Below, piece by piece: positions 45,558 through 55,861 of a stretch of DNA of 64,000 nt. The position numbers and the translations under genes were made by a program. Position 1 is the first letter of the stretch, and each line of letters begins with the position of its first letter. Location of the stretch: positions 1-64,000 of IMG/VR virus record IMGVR_UViG_3300050026_000055; one strand, 5' to 3'. This DNA comes from a virus. The notes beneath the pieces are model-generated. The model saw only the letters and a program-made list of their open reading frames with translations. It was not told the origin of the DNA and ran no database searches.

Positions 45558-45947
45558 TTATTTCCCCACTCTCGGTAAAACCTTTTCATAAAGATTTGGC
45601 TCGTGTCTAAATCCTAGTCGTTTGTTGGTAAAGAAAGCGACCAACGATTTTACCTTGGAATCAAATTCTATTTTCAAACAACCAGCAGTAGACAGAAACC
45701 CCTCCAACATCGGAAAACCTTTGCTGATAATCTTTGCATTTCTAAGTGTCTTTTTGGTGTCCATTTGTAAGTCTATGCGAGCGACCGGATTTATGCGAAC
45801 AAACGCGGCCACACCATCTTCGTCTTCAAACACCAAAAGCTTCTTAGAAATCCAGTCGTCAGGCTTTAACTCTTTATGATCGTCATCAGCCAGCATCCAT
45901 TCACACAATAAAGTTTTATCTTCGTCTTTAAAATCTCTCATTATCAT
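45558..45947 (-). CDS. GNAT-like virion assembly protein
   Basis: MIMRDF...LVAFF..RLGF; position between tail and ejection genes. Confidence 0.5.
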   Translation of the reverse strand: MIMRDFKDEDKTLLCEWMLADDDHKELKPDDWISKKLLVFEDEDGVAAFVRINPVARIDLQMDTKKTLRNAKIISKGFPMLEGFLSTAGCLKIEFDSKVKSLVAFFTNKRLGFRHEPNLYEKVLPRVGK

Positions 45948-45949
45948 AT

Positions 45950-47260
45950 TTAACCTAACTCTATAATTTGAAACTCACTCCAGTTTACAAGGCCTTGATC
46001 GAAAGTTGAAGCTGCTGCGGCAATAATTTGATAGTTATGCGATCCTGCTGTTGGATTATCCAAATAAGAAAGTGATGATGTAGTGAATAACGTTAATGAA
46101 GTACCAGTGCCAGTTTTGGCTTCACAGGTACAGGTGGCATTACCACTTACCAAAGAACCGTCTCTAAACAGAAAAAATGCACCACCAGATAATAATGCAC
46201 TACCTGTAGTTGCCAAAACAACATTAGCGTGAAATGTAATAAGTACTGGATTGCCTTTAAAGGTAGCTGTGATCGTATTAGTACCTAACTGTGCTGGTGT
46301 TGAAGACGGCGGAAAAGAAAGATTCGCCACACCTTGGTTGGCAGTCAGGATATTCTTTAACTGCAAATTACCGTTGGCATAAATAGGAGTAATAGCTGTA
46401 GCATCTCCAGCAAACTCAGGAGTGCTCTCCAGTCCTATCTGATTTACAGATGTCACCCAATAGTAATCAACTGATCCTAATGGCACCGTCTCTTGATATG
46501 TATATATACCGGTAGCTGATGGATCGGCTGTTAGGTTGGAAGGTTGTGACACAGCCTTTAGAAATCCTGCTGTTCCGGGAAATGAGTTACTTGAGTTTTT
46601 GTATATGTTATATCCCATTATAACATCTGCTGCTAAACCGGCTATATAATTAAACTGAAATTGATAACCAGTTGGTGTAACACTTAACGAATTTGCAATT
46701 GATGGAGGCGACGGATTGGAAAGCACACCATTTATAGTAAGTGTAGTAGTCGGTGCAGTAGCAAATAATGGAAATACTCCTGATGGAGAAACCGAGTTAA
46801 CGGTAATTAATACCGTTTCTTTTGTGGTTTCCACCAAAAAACTAACAGGAGAAATGTGCCCTGTAGTCATCAATTGAGGATAGGGATTTCCGTTATACCC
46901 GGAAAACCATATCTGTATTCCAGACCAATTTACATCAACAGGAGGATCAAAACTAACAGATACCGCTGTAAACATCTGTCCATTCTTGTTCTTATAAGGA
47001 GACTCTGCAGCCGCCACAGAAGTGACATATGCTGGTATACCGCTAGGACTGCCACCACCACCACTAGTACCGCCAGTGCCGGGAACCACTATTGTATTGC
47101 TTACTGCTTGAGTAGGCGATACAATAGTGGTTGGAGCAGCTAGTGGTGTTTGCCAAGCAGCTTCAGTTGGAACAGAAGCAGACAAATTGGTTATATTCGT
47201 TTGTGTTATTGTATCCAAAACTGAATTTGGTATTTGACTTACTGTTGGAACACTACTCAT
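45950..47260 (-). CDS. tail protein with fibronectin type III-like domains
   Basis: GYNIYK...YYWVTSVN..GLES. Confidence 0.65.
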   Translation of the reverse strand: MSSVPTVSQIPNSVLDTITQTNITNLSASVPTEAAWQTPLAAPTTIVSPTQAVSNTIVVPGTGGTSGGGGSPSGIPAYVTSVAAAESPYKNKNGQMFTAVSVSFDPPVDVNWSGIQIWFSGYNGNPYPQLMTTGHISPVSFLVETTKETVLITVNSVSPSGVFPLFATAPTTTLTINGVLSNPSPPSIANSLSVTPTGYQFQFNYIAGLAADVIMGYNIYKNSSNSFPGTAGFLKAVSQPSNLTADPSATGIYTYQETVPLGSVDYYWVTSVNQIGLESTPEFAGDATAITPIYANGNLQLKNILTANQGVANLSFPPSSTPAQLGTNTITATFKGNPVLITFHANVVLATTGSALLSGGAFFLFRDGSLVSGNATCTCEAKTGTGTSLTLFTTSSLSYLDNPTAGSHNYQIIAAAASTFDQGLVNWSEFQIIELG

Positions 47261-47280
47261 ATTTTTCCTTTATTCAATCT

Positions 47281-49581
47281 TTACTCTGGAATTGTTGATC
47301 CATAAATACTAAAACCTAAAATCTCATTAGGATAGTTTTCGGCAATGAAGTTAAGTTGAAGCTGCATGTGTCTCAACACCGTTGCTTGACTACTTTGTAA
47401 CAAGTACCAGCGATAACTATACAACGACATGCTGGTTGGTAAGTTAGGAGGATCGGGAACAAATTGAGGCAAATAAGTAAATGGACCAGATATTTCATCT
47501 AATAGTACTGAAACTAATGGCACAGCACCTATAGCCTTTGATTCAACAACGATAGAATCTACATCTGCCAGTTGACCGGGTTGTGCCAATGTAAAACTTC
47601 CCCATGTTGCACTAGCCAAATAGGTACTTCCGTTGTCCAGATTTGATGTCCAATCTCTGTACAAAATATTGTTACCAGACCCAATCAACAATTGAATGAC
47701 ACCGTATGATGTCTCAACTGCCTTCATAGCTCCTACACCACCTGCAACCACTGCTGGTGGTGACCAACAAATACCGCTTTCTGGCATTTGTACTGGATTG
47801 CATCTCCAAGTATTACCAAGACCGTCATCAAAAAACAATGCTTGATCTTGTGTACCAAAGGCATAATAAGAGACGAAGACATTCGATGGAACAACACTAC
47901 CCCAAAGATTAGACACAGGAAATCCCAAATCCGATACACTGGCAGATGGTGTTATCTGTAATAACCGTTTGTCGGTAGTATAAGCGTAAATATTGCTACC
48001 AAAAACATCTGCTGCATTGTATGATGACAATCCCATTCCGGGCTGAAATATAGTGCAGTTAAATATAGTTCCACTAACAAACTGCGCTCCTATCGCAGAT
48101 ATATTTCCCTGAACAATGTATACATCATCAGCAGTCCACACAATCAACCCTTGACTATATGGTATCAACTTATTGATTCTTGAAGGCACTTGAAAGTAGT
48201 TTAATGCAGGCCATGAAGCCTGACCGTCACCTGTAGTGGTATCCGGTCCTGCTGCATAGTATACATAGTTTCCTATAGTACCCCACAAACGACCTGCCCA
48301 GTATTCCAAATTAATTAGACCTCCCGGCGGCGGAGAATTTCCACCAGCCAAAGGAGCCACAATAAAAGCATTTAACGATGTATCAGGCAATTCATCCCAC
48401 TGATAAGTCCATTGTGCTCCCGGAACAGTTGAGTTTGGCACTGATGCGTCATAAAGATATGTCGCACCGCCATCAGTCGTCCTGAAAATCAAAATGGTGG
48501 TGACTTGTGGGTCAGTAGTACAAAATCCAGTCAAGCCTGTTTTAAACAGAAGTCGTGGACCTGTGTTTGCAGCAGCGCTGGCATTGCTAACACTAAAATA
48601 GCCCGGATCACCCGGAACCTCAGTCGCATAAGCATATACATATGACCAACCGGTAGGTTGGTAGGTATTAGCAGTACCTGCTGCAAACGAAAGAATCGGA
48701 GGAGTATTAGGAAACAATACGTCTGGTCCTGCTATGCCCCAATTCGATACTGTTGTTCCATTAAAAATTATCTGATCTTTTCCGTCGCCTATATAAATAA
48801 GGTTGCCAACTTCTTGATAAAATGCTTGACCTGCTCCTGCTGTCTTTGTAAAGATCGGTGTTATTGCGTTTGGATTGACCACGTTTATGTTGGTAGCTGT
48901 ATCGGCAAATAGAAGTACCGAGTTATTCAAACCGTGCCAAGAATAAAATGACATGGCTGGACTAGGCAATGACAAGGATGCAGTTGATGGCAATACACCG
49001 AAAGGAATAACACTGCCACTATCAGTAAACGTTTGAGTTGTAGACGCAAGCGGAATCGAAGTAAGCAGTTGCTCACCACCGGTAGTTCTGCCGTAGATAT
49101 TATATCCAGTCGCGCCAATAACTGCTCCCCAATTGATTGTGGCAGTATTCAAATCGTTACCTGTAGCTGTATGTTGTGAATACTCAGTTGAAGCTAAGGT
49201 AGTTCCAGAAGCATTAATAGCTGCCACTCTATAGTAATATGTTGTATTTCCAAGCAATGATCCGCCGCTATTAATCGTAGAAGCTGAAGCAATAACTGGA
49301 ACCGCAAGAATACCAGGATCAACTATCGAGTTTTTTATGAAACTTGTATACCCCGGACGGCGAACTAGTGTAGTCTTGTTGGTAATCTCTACGTTGTAAC
49401 CGCCAATAAGAGTGTCCGGGTGTCCACCATAAAACTTAATGTCAGGACGAGCGCCCGGACCACACAGCACGTTTCTATTAGTATACAGTCCAGTAAACTG
49501 AGTTCGTACAGTCAACGGAGTGTATTTTGTGGGTTTTGTGGGCTGATTGCCTAATGCTGCTAAAAGTGCTACATCTGACAT
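47281..49581 (-). CDS. podoviral tail nozzle / head-closure protein with FN3-like insert
   Basis: N-terminal F.GL...NV...L.RRPG; GRLWG; beta-propeller-like composition. Confidence 0.65.
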   Translation of the reverse strand: MSDVALLAALGNQPTKPTKYTPLTVRTQFTGLYTNRNVLCGPGARPDIKFYGGHPDTLIGGYNVEITNKTTLVRRPGYTSFIKNSIVDPGILAVPVIASASTINSGGSLLGNTTYYYRVAAINASGTTLASTEYSQHTATGNDLNTATINWGAVIGATGYNIYGRTTGGEQLLTSIPLASTTQTFTDSGSVIPFGVLPSTASLSLPSPAMSFYSWHGLNNSVLLFADTATNINVVNPNAITPIFTKTAGAGQAFYQEVGNLIYIGDGKDQIIFNGTTVSNWGIAGPDVLFPNTPPILSFAAGTANTYQPTGWSYVYAYATEVPGDPGYFSVSNASAAANTGPRLLFKTGLTGFCTTDPQVTTILIFRTTDGGATYLYDASVPNSTVPGAQWTYQWDELPDTSLNAFIVAPLAGGNSPPPGGLINLEYWAGRLWGTIGNYVYYAAGPDTTTGDGQASWPALNYFQVPSRINKLIPYSQGLIVWTADDVYIVQGNISAIGAQFVSGTIFNCTIFQPGMGLSSYNAADVFGSNIYAYTTDKRLLQITPSASVSDLGFPVSNLWGSVVPSNVFVSYYAFGTQDQALFFDDGLGNTWRCNPVQMPESGICWSPPAVVAGGVGAMKAVETSYGVIQLLIGSGNNILYRDWTSNLDNGSTYLASATWGSFTLAQPGQLADVDSIVVESKAIGAVPLVSVLLDEISGPFTYLPQFVPDPPNLPTSMSLYSYRWYLLQSSQATVLRHMQLQLNFIAENYPNEILGFSIYGSTIPE

Positions 49582-49590
49582 ATTATGCTC

Positions 49591-50493
49591 CTATTGGTTA
49601 GAACGTACTTGCATTCCTTGCTTAAGATTAGCCTGTTGTTCGCCGGAAATGTTACTCCAGTTTTGAAGAAAAATGGAACGTGCTGTTTCATCCAATCCTT
49701 CGTTAGCTCCCAACAAATGTGCCACAAACTTTGCATTAGCCATTTGCCAACGCGGATCATCGGCAAATAACCACATCATTGTCAAGAATCCCCAGTTGTA
49801 TATATACGAAAGTTCGTCTGGTATCGGTGCCCATGTTTGTAAAATATCAGAAAATACAGGGGACTTTTTCTGAATGTGAATTGTTACCGGATATGCCTGA
49901 TTAGGAACTGGAGTCATTGTAAAGCCAATATTACCGTTTCCATCATCATAATGAGCTGAAATGAAGCGCGGTCTTGCCGTAGATGAATCTAACGACAAGG
50001 ACATTTCCGGCTGCATATCATACCATTTAGGAGGAGTCAATGTAATATCTTGAACAGAAGCGTGCTCTATCCATGCAAAATCAGGACAACTAATAATGTA
50101 CGTCTGTATATCACCAACAGTCCATGTCAAGTTTCCGTCGCTAGTAGTGCTCATGTTGGCTAGATTGGTGCCCCAAGTCGGTTGAGTGCCGCCACTCTGA
50201 AATGGTGTAGAACCTATAGATGTTACTGTCTGCATGTTACCATTCGGGTCTTTAAAACTATAACCCAATGGGTATGCTGTACCTGCAGTCCATACGGCGG
50301 CCGGACTAAGACAAGTAAACTGATATTGGTTTCTATTCCAGCGCCACTCAAAAGGTGGACCTAAAATTGCCTGTATCACACAATTAGCTGAAGTCAAAGC
50401 TGGTTCATTGCCAACTAAAGCACACGGCCTGCCTCTATTAAAGAAACTCGCCCATGTCATCGTTTTGTTTAGTGTATTTGTTGCATTAGGCAT
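49591..50493 (-). CDS. head-tail adaptor-like protein with inserted carbohydrate-binding-like module
   Basis: FEWRWNR, PVPNQAY, PIPD; WTAGTAY...DPNGN...PTW...DGNLTW. Confidence 0.6.
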   Translation of the reverse strand: MPNATNTLNKTMTWASFFNRGRPCALVGNEPALTSANCVIQAILGPPFEWRWNRNQYQFTCLSPAAVWTAGTAYPLGYSFKDPNGNMQTVTSIGSTPFQSGGTQPTWGTNLANMSTTSDGNLTWTVGDIQTYIISCPDFAWIEHASVQDITLTPPKWYDMQPEMSLSLDSSTARPRFISAHYDDGNGNIGFTMTPVPNQAYPVTIHIQKKSPVFSDILQTWAPIPDELSYIYNWGFLTMMWLFADDPRWQMANAKFVAHLLGANEGLDETARSIFLQNWSNISGEQQANLKQGMQVRSNQ

Positions 50494-50502
50494 TGTTTAT
50501 CC

Positions 50503-52572
50503 TTATAACTCCGCTGACAATGTTACATAGGTTGATGTACCAGTAGTCCACCATTGCGCCGGATTACTGACTGTAACCACTGTTGTCATACCAATAGTCG
50601 ATGTTCCGGCTCCTGCAACATTAGGTTGAGAACAATTAGATGCCCCCCACGTGCCTACTACAACGGCAGTTGGTGATGTACGCATTGTCACTGGCAAACT
50701 AAGATTGGTAGTTAGATTAGTACCTGTCTCGTTGTATCCGGCGACTAATATGTCGTAAACTACGGAACCACCTAACTTCTGGTAATACCGCTGACACATA
50801 ACCAACTCTCTACCATAATCTCTGCGCTCAAACGGAGTAGCTACAGAACCCACCTCAAACTGAGTTTTACCGAGAGTGCCTGCATTGAATTCAACAGTCG
50901 CACTAGTGGCAGCCGTCAATCCAGTTACAGTAATTGGACTGGCCGCATAACTTCCAGCACCAACACGTCCCTGTGCGGTACCTGCCCATGAAAGAGTATA
51001 AGTTCCGCCTTCGGGCAGATTCAAATCTTCAATAACCTGTTGTATTGTGCCAGCAGTAATAGTAATGGTTGTATCACCTTTAGTCTGAGTAAAGGTGTAA
51101 GTTCCACCACCAGCGCCAGCCTTCCATCTATCGTGCATATACACACCGGCAGAAGTGGCTGTACCTGACACATAAACACGTTGATTTATAACAAAATTGC
51201 CATTTATCAGTCTGTTCCGAAATCCATTCACGCTGGCGAGAGAAAGTCCAGAATCTTCAAGTAAAGTGCCTATTGTATTGTTAAATGATGCAATGTTGCC
51301 AGACACAGAACTGGCAGGACCAATCACGTTCCCCCCACTAGCAGGGGCAGCCCATGAAGTAGTGGTTCCATTAGAAGTCAATATCTGACCGTTTGTTCCA
51401 ACCCCCCCACTAATCTCTATAGCACTAGTAACATTGATGGTGGGTGTAGTTACTATTCCAGTAAATGTCGGATTGGCGATAGGAGCATAAATAGTGTTTA
51501 TATTTGCCCCACCGATCTGCAAAATAGAACTAGCATTAATAGTTGGTGCTGCCAGCGTTCCCGTAAAAGTCGGATTAGCCAGCGGTGCACGGCTGGTGTC
51601 GCTAGCATGAACGTGATCTTGACGGGAATATAGGGTAGACACACCTACGGCCACCGAACCGTCCATTACAGGATTTGAAGTTCCAGCTTGACCTAAAACA
51701 AAAGCTGTAGTTGCTAAATCTGTAGTATTATTATTAACACTCTGAGTAGTAGCTGTAGTACCATTAGGCAATGCTGGAGTACCGCTCAAATTTCCTGCTG
51801 TAGTTGCAGAAGTAGCAGTAGTAGCATTTCCGCTGGTATTACTAGTGATACTACTCGGTAAATCGGCTGCTACTAGCGCCCTAAGAGTCGGAACTGCTGC
51901 CGTAACTCCGCTTGTATTCGTAGCATAGACATAATTAGGAATACCAGTAGTCGATATATTAGATGCTGTTCCAGTTGTACTTTGATTCCATGTAGGAACT
52001 GTACCCGTTAACCCGGCATAAGGTGCAGATGTAGCAATAATACTGCCTGATCCACTTGCAGACAAACTGCCTAACGAACCAACATACATTGTAGCTGTAC
52101 TAGTACCACTTAGTATACTAGAAAAAGGTACATCGCTAGTAATGCCCCCAGTGACAACTAATGATCCATAAATAGTTTGTACCGCAGAACTTGGCGGATT
52201 GGAGACTATATAGTTAGGCAAATAAGGATTTGGTGTAGAAATCATAGGCGCAACTGCGCTCAAATCGAATGTCCCTGTGCCATTCAGAATGTATGGAATC
52301 TGAGCTATTTGAAGTCCTGCGTCAGAAACAAACGTAACCAAATAGTATGTACCAGACGGTGTAATTACATCATTTCCCCATAATGCGGTGCTAAAAGCGC
52401 CCGAACCGTTGGCGGTAACGGATTGTACGGTTTCAACCAAAAATCCGGTGCCAGACACTCTCGGAACATTTAACCCATAATTCTCAAGGGAAAAAATTAT
52501 CTTATCATTAGGGTAAAGCACACCAAAGATATTTTCCAGATTTCCAGTTATAATAATTGTGGGGCTGCTCAT
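50503..52572 (-). CDS. tail fibre protein
   Basis: ATTAFV, SRQDHVH, APLANPTFTG repeats; FRNRLINGNF and ELVMCQRYY head domain. Confidence 0.8.
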   Translation of the reverse strand: MSSPTIIITGNLENIFGVLYPNDKIIFSLENYGLNVPRVSGTGFLVETVQSVTANGSGAFSTALWGNDVITPSGTYYLVTFVSDAGLQIAQIPYILNGTGTFDLSAVAPMISTPNPYLPNYIVSNPPSSAVQTIYGSLVVTGGITSDVPFSSILSGTSTATMYVGSLGSLSASGSGSIIATSAPYAGLTGTVPTWNQSTTGTASNISTTGIPNYVYATNTSGVTAAVPTLRALVAADLPSSITSNTSGNATTATSATTAGNLSGTPALPNGTTATTQSVNNNTTDLATTAFVLGQAGTSNPVMDGSVAVGVSTLYSRQDHVHASDTSRAPLANPTFTGTLAAPTINASSILQIGGANINTIYAPIANPTFTGIVTTPTINVTSAIEISGGVGTNGQILTSNGTTTSWAAPASGGNVIGPASSVSGNIASFNNTIGTLLEDSGLSLASVNGFRNRLINGNFVINQRVYVSGTATSAGVYMHDRWKAGAGGGTYTFTQTKGDTTITITAGTIQQVIEDLNLPEGGTYTLSWAGTAQGRVGAGSYAASPITVTGLTAATSATVEFNAGTLGKTQFEVGSVATPFERRDYGRELVMCQRYYQKLGGSVVYDILVAGYNETGTNLTTNLSLPVTMRTSPTAVVVGTWGASNCSQPNVAGAGTSTIGMTTVVTVSNPAQWWTTGTSTYVTLSAEL

Positions 52573-52582
52573 ATTTTTTCCT

Positions 52583-52915
52583 CTAAAATGGTGTTAAGGT
52601 CGATAAATCAACCGTACCAGAACCAACCAAGCTGTATCGGCACTGTGCTGTCTGCAAATTCTTGTCAGACATAAATGTTACTAAATAGTATGTACCGCTT
52701 GGGGCAATAAGATCGTTGCCCCAAATCAAAGTAGAAATCAGACCATTTATATCGGCAGTTGCAGTTACTCTAGGCGAAACCACGAATCCAGTGCTTATGA
52801 CTCTTGGAACACTTGATCCATAGTTTTCTAACTGAAAAACAGGTGTTCCTTTTGGATAATTGGCACCGAATATGGACTGAATATTGGCTGTAATTGTTAA
52901 ACTCGGAGTTATCAT
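52583..52915 (-). CDS. stand-alone paralogue of the tail fibre N-terminal domain
   Basis: Shares LENYG..VPRV..TGF, WGND.I.PSGTYYLVTF with 50503-52572. Confidence 0.75.
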   Translation of the reverse strand: MITPSLTITANIQSIFGANYPKGTPVFQLENYGSSVPRVISTGFVVSPRVTATADINGLISTLIWGNDLIAPSGTYYLVTFMSDKNLQTAQCRYSLVGSGTVDLSTLTPF

Positions 52916-52922
52916 AATTACT

Positions 52923-53549
52923 TTACTTTATTTTCGATAAATCATTTTTATTGAAGTGCAACGCAAACGCACCGGCTAAATGAAAGCTGTTGTATACATA
53001 ACTAATGCTGTCTACATCCACAATTTCTCCAAAACTATTAAAAATGGCTGACCCAGAATCACCATTAGTGCTATTAAGATCATATAGATATATATCATAT
53101 ACACCATTGAGTATTCCGGGTGCAGGGTCAGTTTCGGAAATACTTCCTGCAAAAGTGCCTTCCCTTACTATATTAGGAAGACCTTTGGGATTACCACAAA
53201 TCCATACATGCTGCCCAATTCTGGCTTTTTCATTAGAAAATCTAGCAAAATGTTTAAATTCTGTTTTTACAATCATCAATTCATGGTCATAGTGGTCAAA
53301 CACTTTCTCAATTATTATTGTAGATTCACCGTCTATAATTACAACATTATTTTCTGAATCACAATGTGTTGCAGTCAGTAAAGTATGCTTGCCCACAGCC
53401 GTAGCAGAACAGATTTTAGTGCCGTACCCTTCAGTAATTTCTATACGATGCGATGTATTAATAGCTATTTTAGTAGGATTACACGCGGTACAACAAATAA
53501 TCAATGACAGTAAAAATACAGATAGACTTTTCACAACTATGTCTCCCAT
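52923..53549 (-). CDS. trypsin-like serine protease, possible lipoprotein
   Basis: LTATHC, D, GDSGS; hydrophobic N-terminus ending CTAC. Confidence 0.85.
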   Translation of the reverse strand: MGDIVVKSLSVFLLSLIICCTACNPTKIAINTSHRIEITEGYGTKICSATAVGKHTLLTATHCDSENNVVIIDGESTIIIEKVFDHYDHELMIVKTEFKHFARFSNEKARIGQHVWICGNPKGLPNIVREGTFAGSISETDPAPGILNGVYDIYLYDLNSTNGDSGSAIFNSFGEIVDVDSISYVYNSFHLAGAFALHFNKNDLSKIK

Positions 53550-54136
53550 TTATTCAAATAGTCCAAAAATTTTTGAATATACTTCTTGTCATCTTCCAGC
53601 TTTCCTAACAACAGACTGCACTTGGCGCAAAGTATGCCCCTGTGAGTACCCGGTTTAGTATGGTCGTGGTCAATGTGCCAAGTATTGTTAAATCCTTGCC
53701 CCCAATCACACCCGCCGGTGCCACAAACAGCGCAACGGTTACTCTGGGAGGCCAACAGAGCGTCACGGCTGTCTTCATCCAGCCCATAAAGGATTCTATT
53801 CTGTCGATTCATTTTTCCTCTTGCTCGTAACTCTGGGTGTCTTTTGTTGTATTTTAAACCATCTATACGATTACATATCCGGCATCTCCTACCATTCTTT
53901 TTGCCATTTTTTGTAAATAACGGAATGATGTTGTTGCCGACTAATTCGTGACCGTGCTTACAAAATTGACGCGGAATGCCGCCAGTTTTCTTAATCTCAG
54001 GGTTTTTAATCCTATACGACTTCATTGCCGCGATTGCATGACATTGTTTACAGTAATATTTGTCGTTACCGTTGCGTTTATACCGGTAAATATTTTCTTC
54101 AACCAATACATGACCTAAGTTACATAAGTTCTTCAT
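53537..54136 (-). CDS. endonuclease VII-type HNH endonuclease
   Basis: CAVCG...HIDHDH...RGILCAKC. Confidence 0.85.
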   Translation of the reverse strand: MKNLCNLGHVLVEENIYRYKRNGNDKYYCKQCHAIAAMKSYRIKNPEIKKTGGIPRQFCKHGHELVGNNIIPLFTKNGKKNGRRCRICNRIDGLKYNKRHPELRARGKMNRQNRILYGLDEDSRDALLASQSNRCAVCGTGGCDWGQGFNNTWHIDHDHTKPGTHRGILCAKCSLLLGKLEDDKKYIQKFLDYLNKWET

Positions 54137-54150
54137 TCTAAACCGTTTAA

Positions 54151-55212
54151 TTAGAAGGGGCCATAAGGACGAGCGGGTGTTATCTGGTATCCGGCCCAAC
54201 CAACGTCCATGATGGACTGACTGGGGTAGAATCCAAAATCATCCATCTCGCGCTGGCCTGATCTTAGCGAATTATCTAATGCTTTTAACCATAATGCGTA
54301 TTCTTCTTTAAACTTTGTTCTTACTTTAGGATCGGGACTTCTACGGAAGCATTGAGCATAAAATCCTTGCTTAAAAAATGTTACATAATCATCAGGAATG
54401 GGCTCAAGCGTCTGCGCTAAATTAAGAAATGTTGGTGCTCGCATCTGTGAGACTACGTTTATCATCCATACCACTCCTGTTTGCGGAGGCGTAGGATTGA
54501 GTCTAAATGCCTGACCCTTTGGGTTGATTGCAGTCCATACGCAAGAACCGTCTGCAACTGTAGTGGCAACTATGTGTTGACTGTTAAATGTAGGATAGAC
54601 CGGAGTGGTCGGCCATGTCGGTTGCACTGAACCACAGACACCAAACGTGGTCAAACACCAAAGATTACCATTAGGGTCTTTAATGCAAGTCGTTGGATTG
54701 TTTGGCTGTGTAATCTGATTAATCGGATTTATATATACAACACCGGGACCGGGATTAGTCAAACCAGAGTCACTCACTAATGCAGTTTGTCCCCATGTTC
54801 CTGAAATAGCCTGATCGTTAGGAATCCAGCAAATCTTGTCTGGATAACCGGTTTGCGAATAAGTTACCAGAAGATCACGTCGAACTTCTAGATCGACCTT
54901 CTCTTTTGGAATTGAAGTGCTATTGATGTTCGATGCCCATGCGTACTCTAACCAAGAAACATTGACCACACCGGGTACAAAATAATCTTGCTGCAAGGTA
55001 ATGGTAGTAAATGGAGTCACATTAAAGCGATTCCACTTCCAATTAAAAGGCTGGCCGTCTGGACCCCCGAACAGCATATCGGCCATAACATCATTTGCCA
55101 CACTCAATGCTGGAAGATCGGAATAACCGCCTGTGGCTAAAGCCGGCGCTAGATCACCAAATGAGTTGGCATCGTCTACGATTTGCTGCAATGGTATTGT
55201 ACTGTTGGGCAC
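54151..55212 (-). CDS. head-tail adaptor-like protein, paralogue of 49591-50493
   Basis: FNWKWNR, DPNGN...QPTW, PTPP, PIPDD. Confidence 0.6.
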   Translation of the reverse strand: MPNSTIPLQQIVDDANSFGDLAPALATGGYSDLPALSVANDVMADMLFGGPDGQPFNWKWNRFNVTPFTTITLQQDYFVPGVVNVSWLEYAWASNINSTSIPKEKVDLEVRRDLLVTYSQTGYPDKICWIPNDQAISGTWGQTALVSDSGLTNPGPGVVYINPINQITQPNNPTTCIKDPNGNLWCLTTFGVCGSVQPTWPTTPVYPTFNSQHIVATTVADGSCVWTAINPKGQAFRLNPTPPQTGVVWMINVVSQMRAPTFLNLAQTLEPIPDDYVTFFKQGFYAQCFRRSPDPKVRTKFKEEYALWLKALDNSLRSGQREMDDFGFYPSQSIMDVGWAGYQITPARPYGPF

Positions 55213-55229
55213 ATTATCTCCTTAGACAC

Positions 55230-55262
55230 AAAAAAAAGCAGGCCATGACATTAATCATGGCC
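55230..55262 (-). terminator. intrinsic terminator within the late arm
   Basis: GGCCATGA-ttaatg-TCATGGCC-tgc-T8. Confidence 0.75.
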
Positions 55263-55268
55263 GAATAA

Positions 55269-55850
55269 TTACCGCAAGTTCACGTCAGCCATTTTCAAAC
55301 GAGCATCGTCGCCTCCGTCACTATATCTGTATTGAATACTGCCGCTCGTAACATTTCTAGTCTGGAACTGAAGTGCGGTTTGATAATCGGAAACTGCTTT
55401 ATTAAAGGACGCTTCATTAAACTTGCCGTTAGGAACAACCACGCCCTTTTCGTTGAACATAAACTGTTCTTTAATGGGCGGTTTCCAAGTCTGACCACAA
55501 CGCAGACAGCGAACCCAGGTGTCTCCCCAAGGCATGATATGCTTCAGCACGCAGAACTGAGAGTCATCTCCCTGTCCACCTATAATGCCTTCAGCGCCAT
55601 TGCCACCCTTTTTGTGGTTGCAGCGAGCCTGAGTTGCCTCGAATCCGCGCTTAATCTGTGCAAGAGTCTGTCCATTTGTAGTACTACGCTGACGTTTATT
55701 GTCGCGCTTTAATTCTCGTTCTTGAAGACGCTCTTCCAAATCCTGAAGTTCTGCCTTCTTTGCTTTGATTTCAAGCTGTTTTAGTTCTAACTCAGCTTTC
55801 TTCATTTCTGCATCACTAGGTTCTACAATTTTCATAAGATTTTCTGCCAT
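55269..55850 (-). CDS. coiled-coil and zinc-binding hypothetical protein
   Basis: CNHKKG, CLRCG; SD. Confidence 0.75.
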   Translation of the reverse strand: MAENLMKIVEPSDAEMKKAELELKQLEIKAKKAELQDLEERLQERELKRDNKRQRSTTNGQTLAQIKRGFEATQARCNHKKGGNGAEGIIGGQGDDSQFCVLKHIMPWGDTWVRCLRCGQTWKPPIKEQFMFNEKGVVVPNGKFNEASFNKAVSDYQTALQFQTRNVTSGSIQYRYSDGGDDARLKMADVNLR

Positions 55851-55861
55851 TTCCTTCTCCT

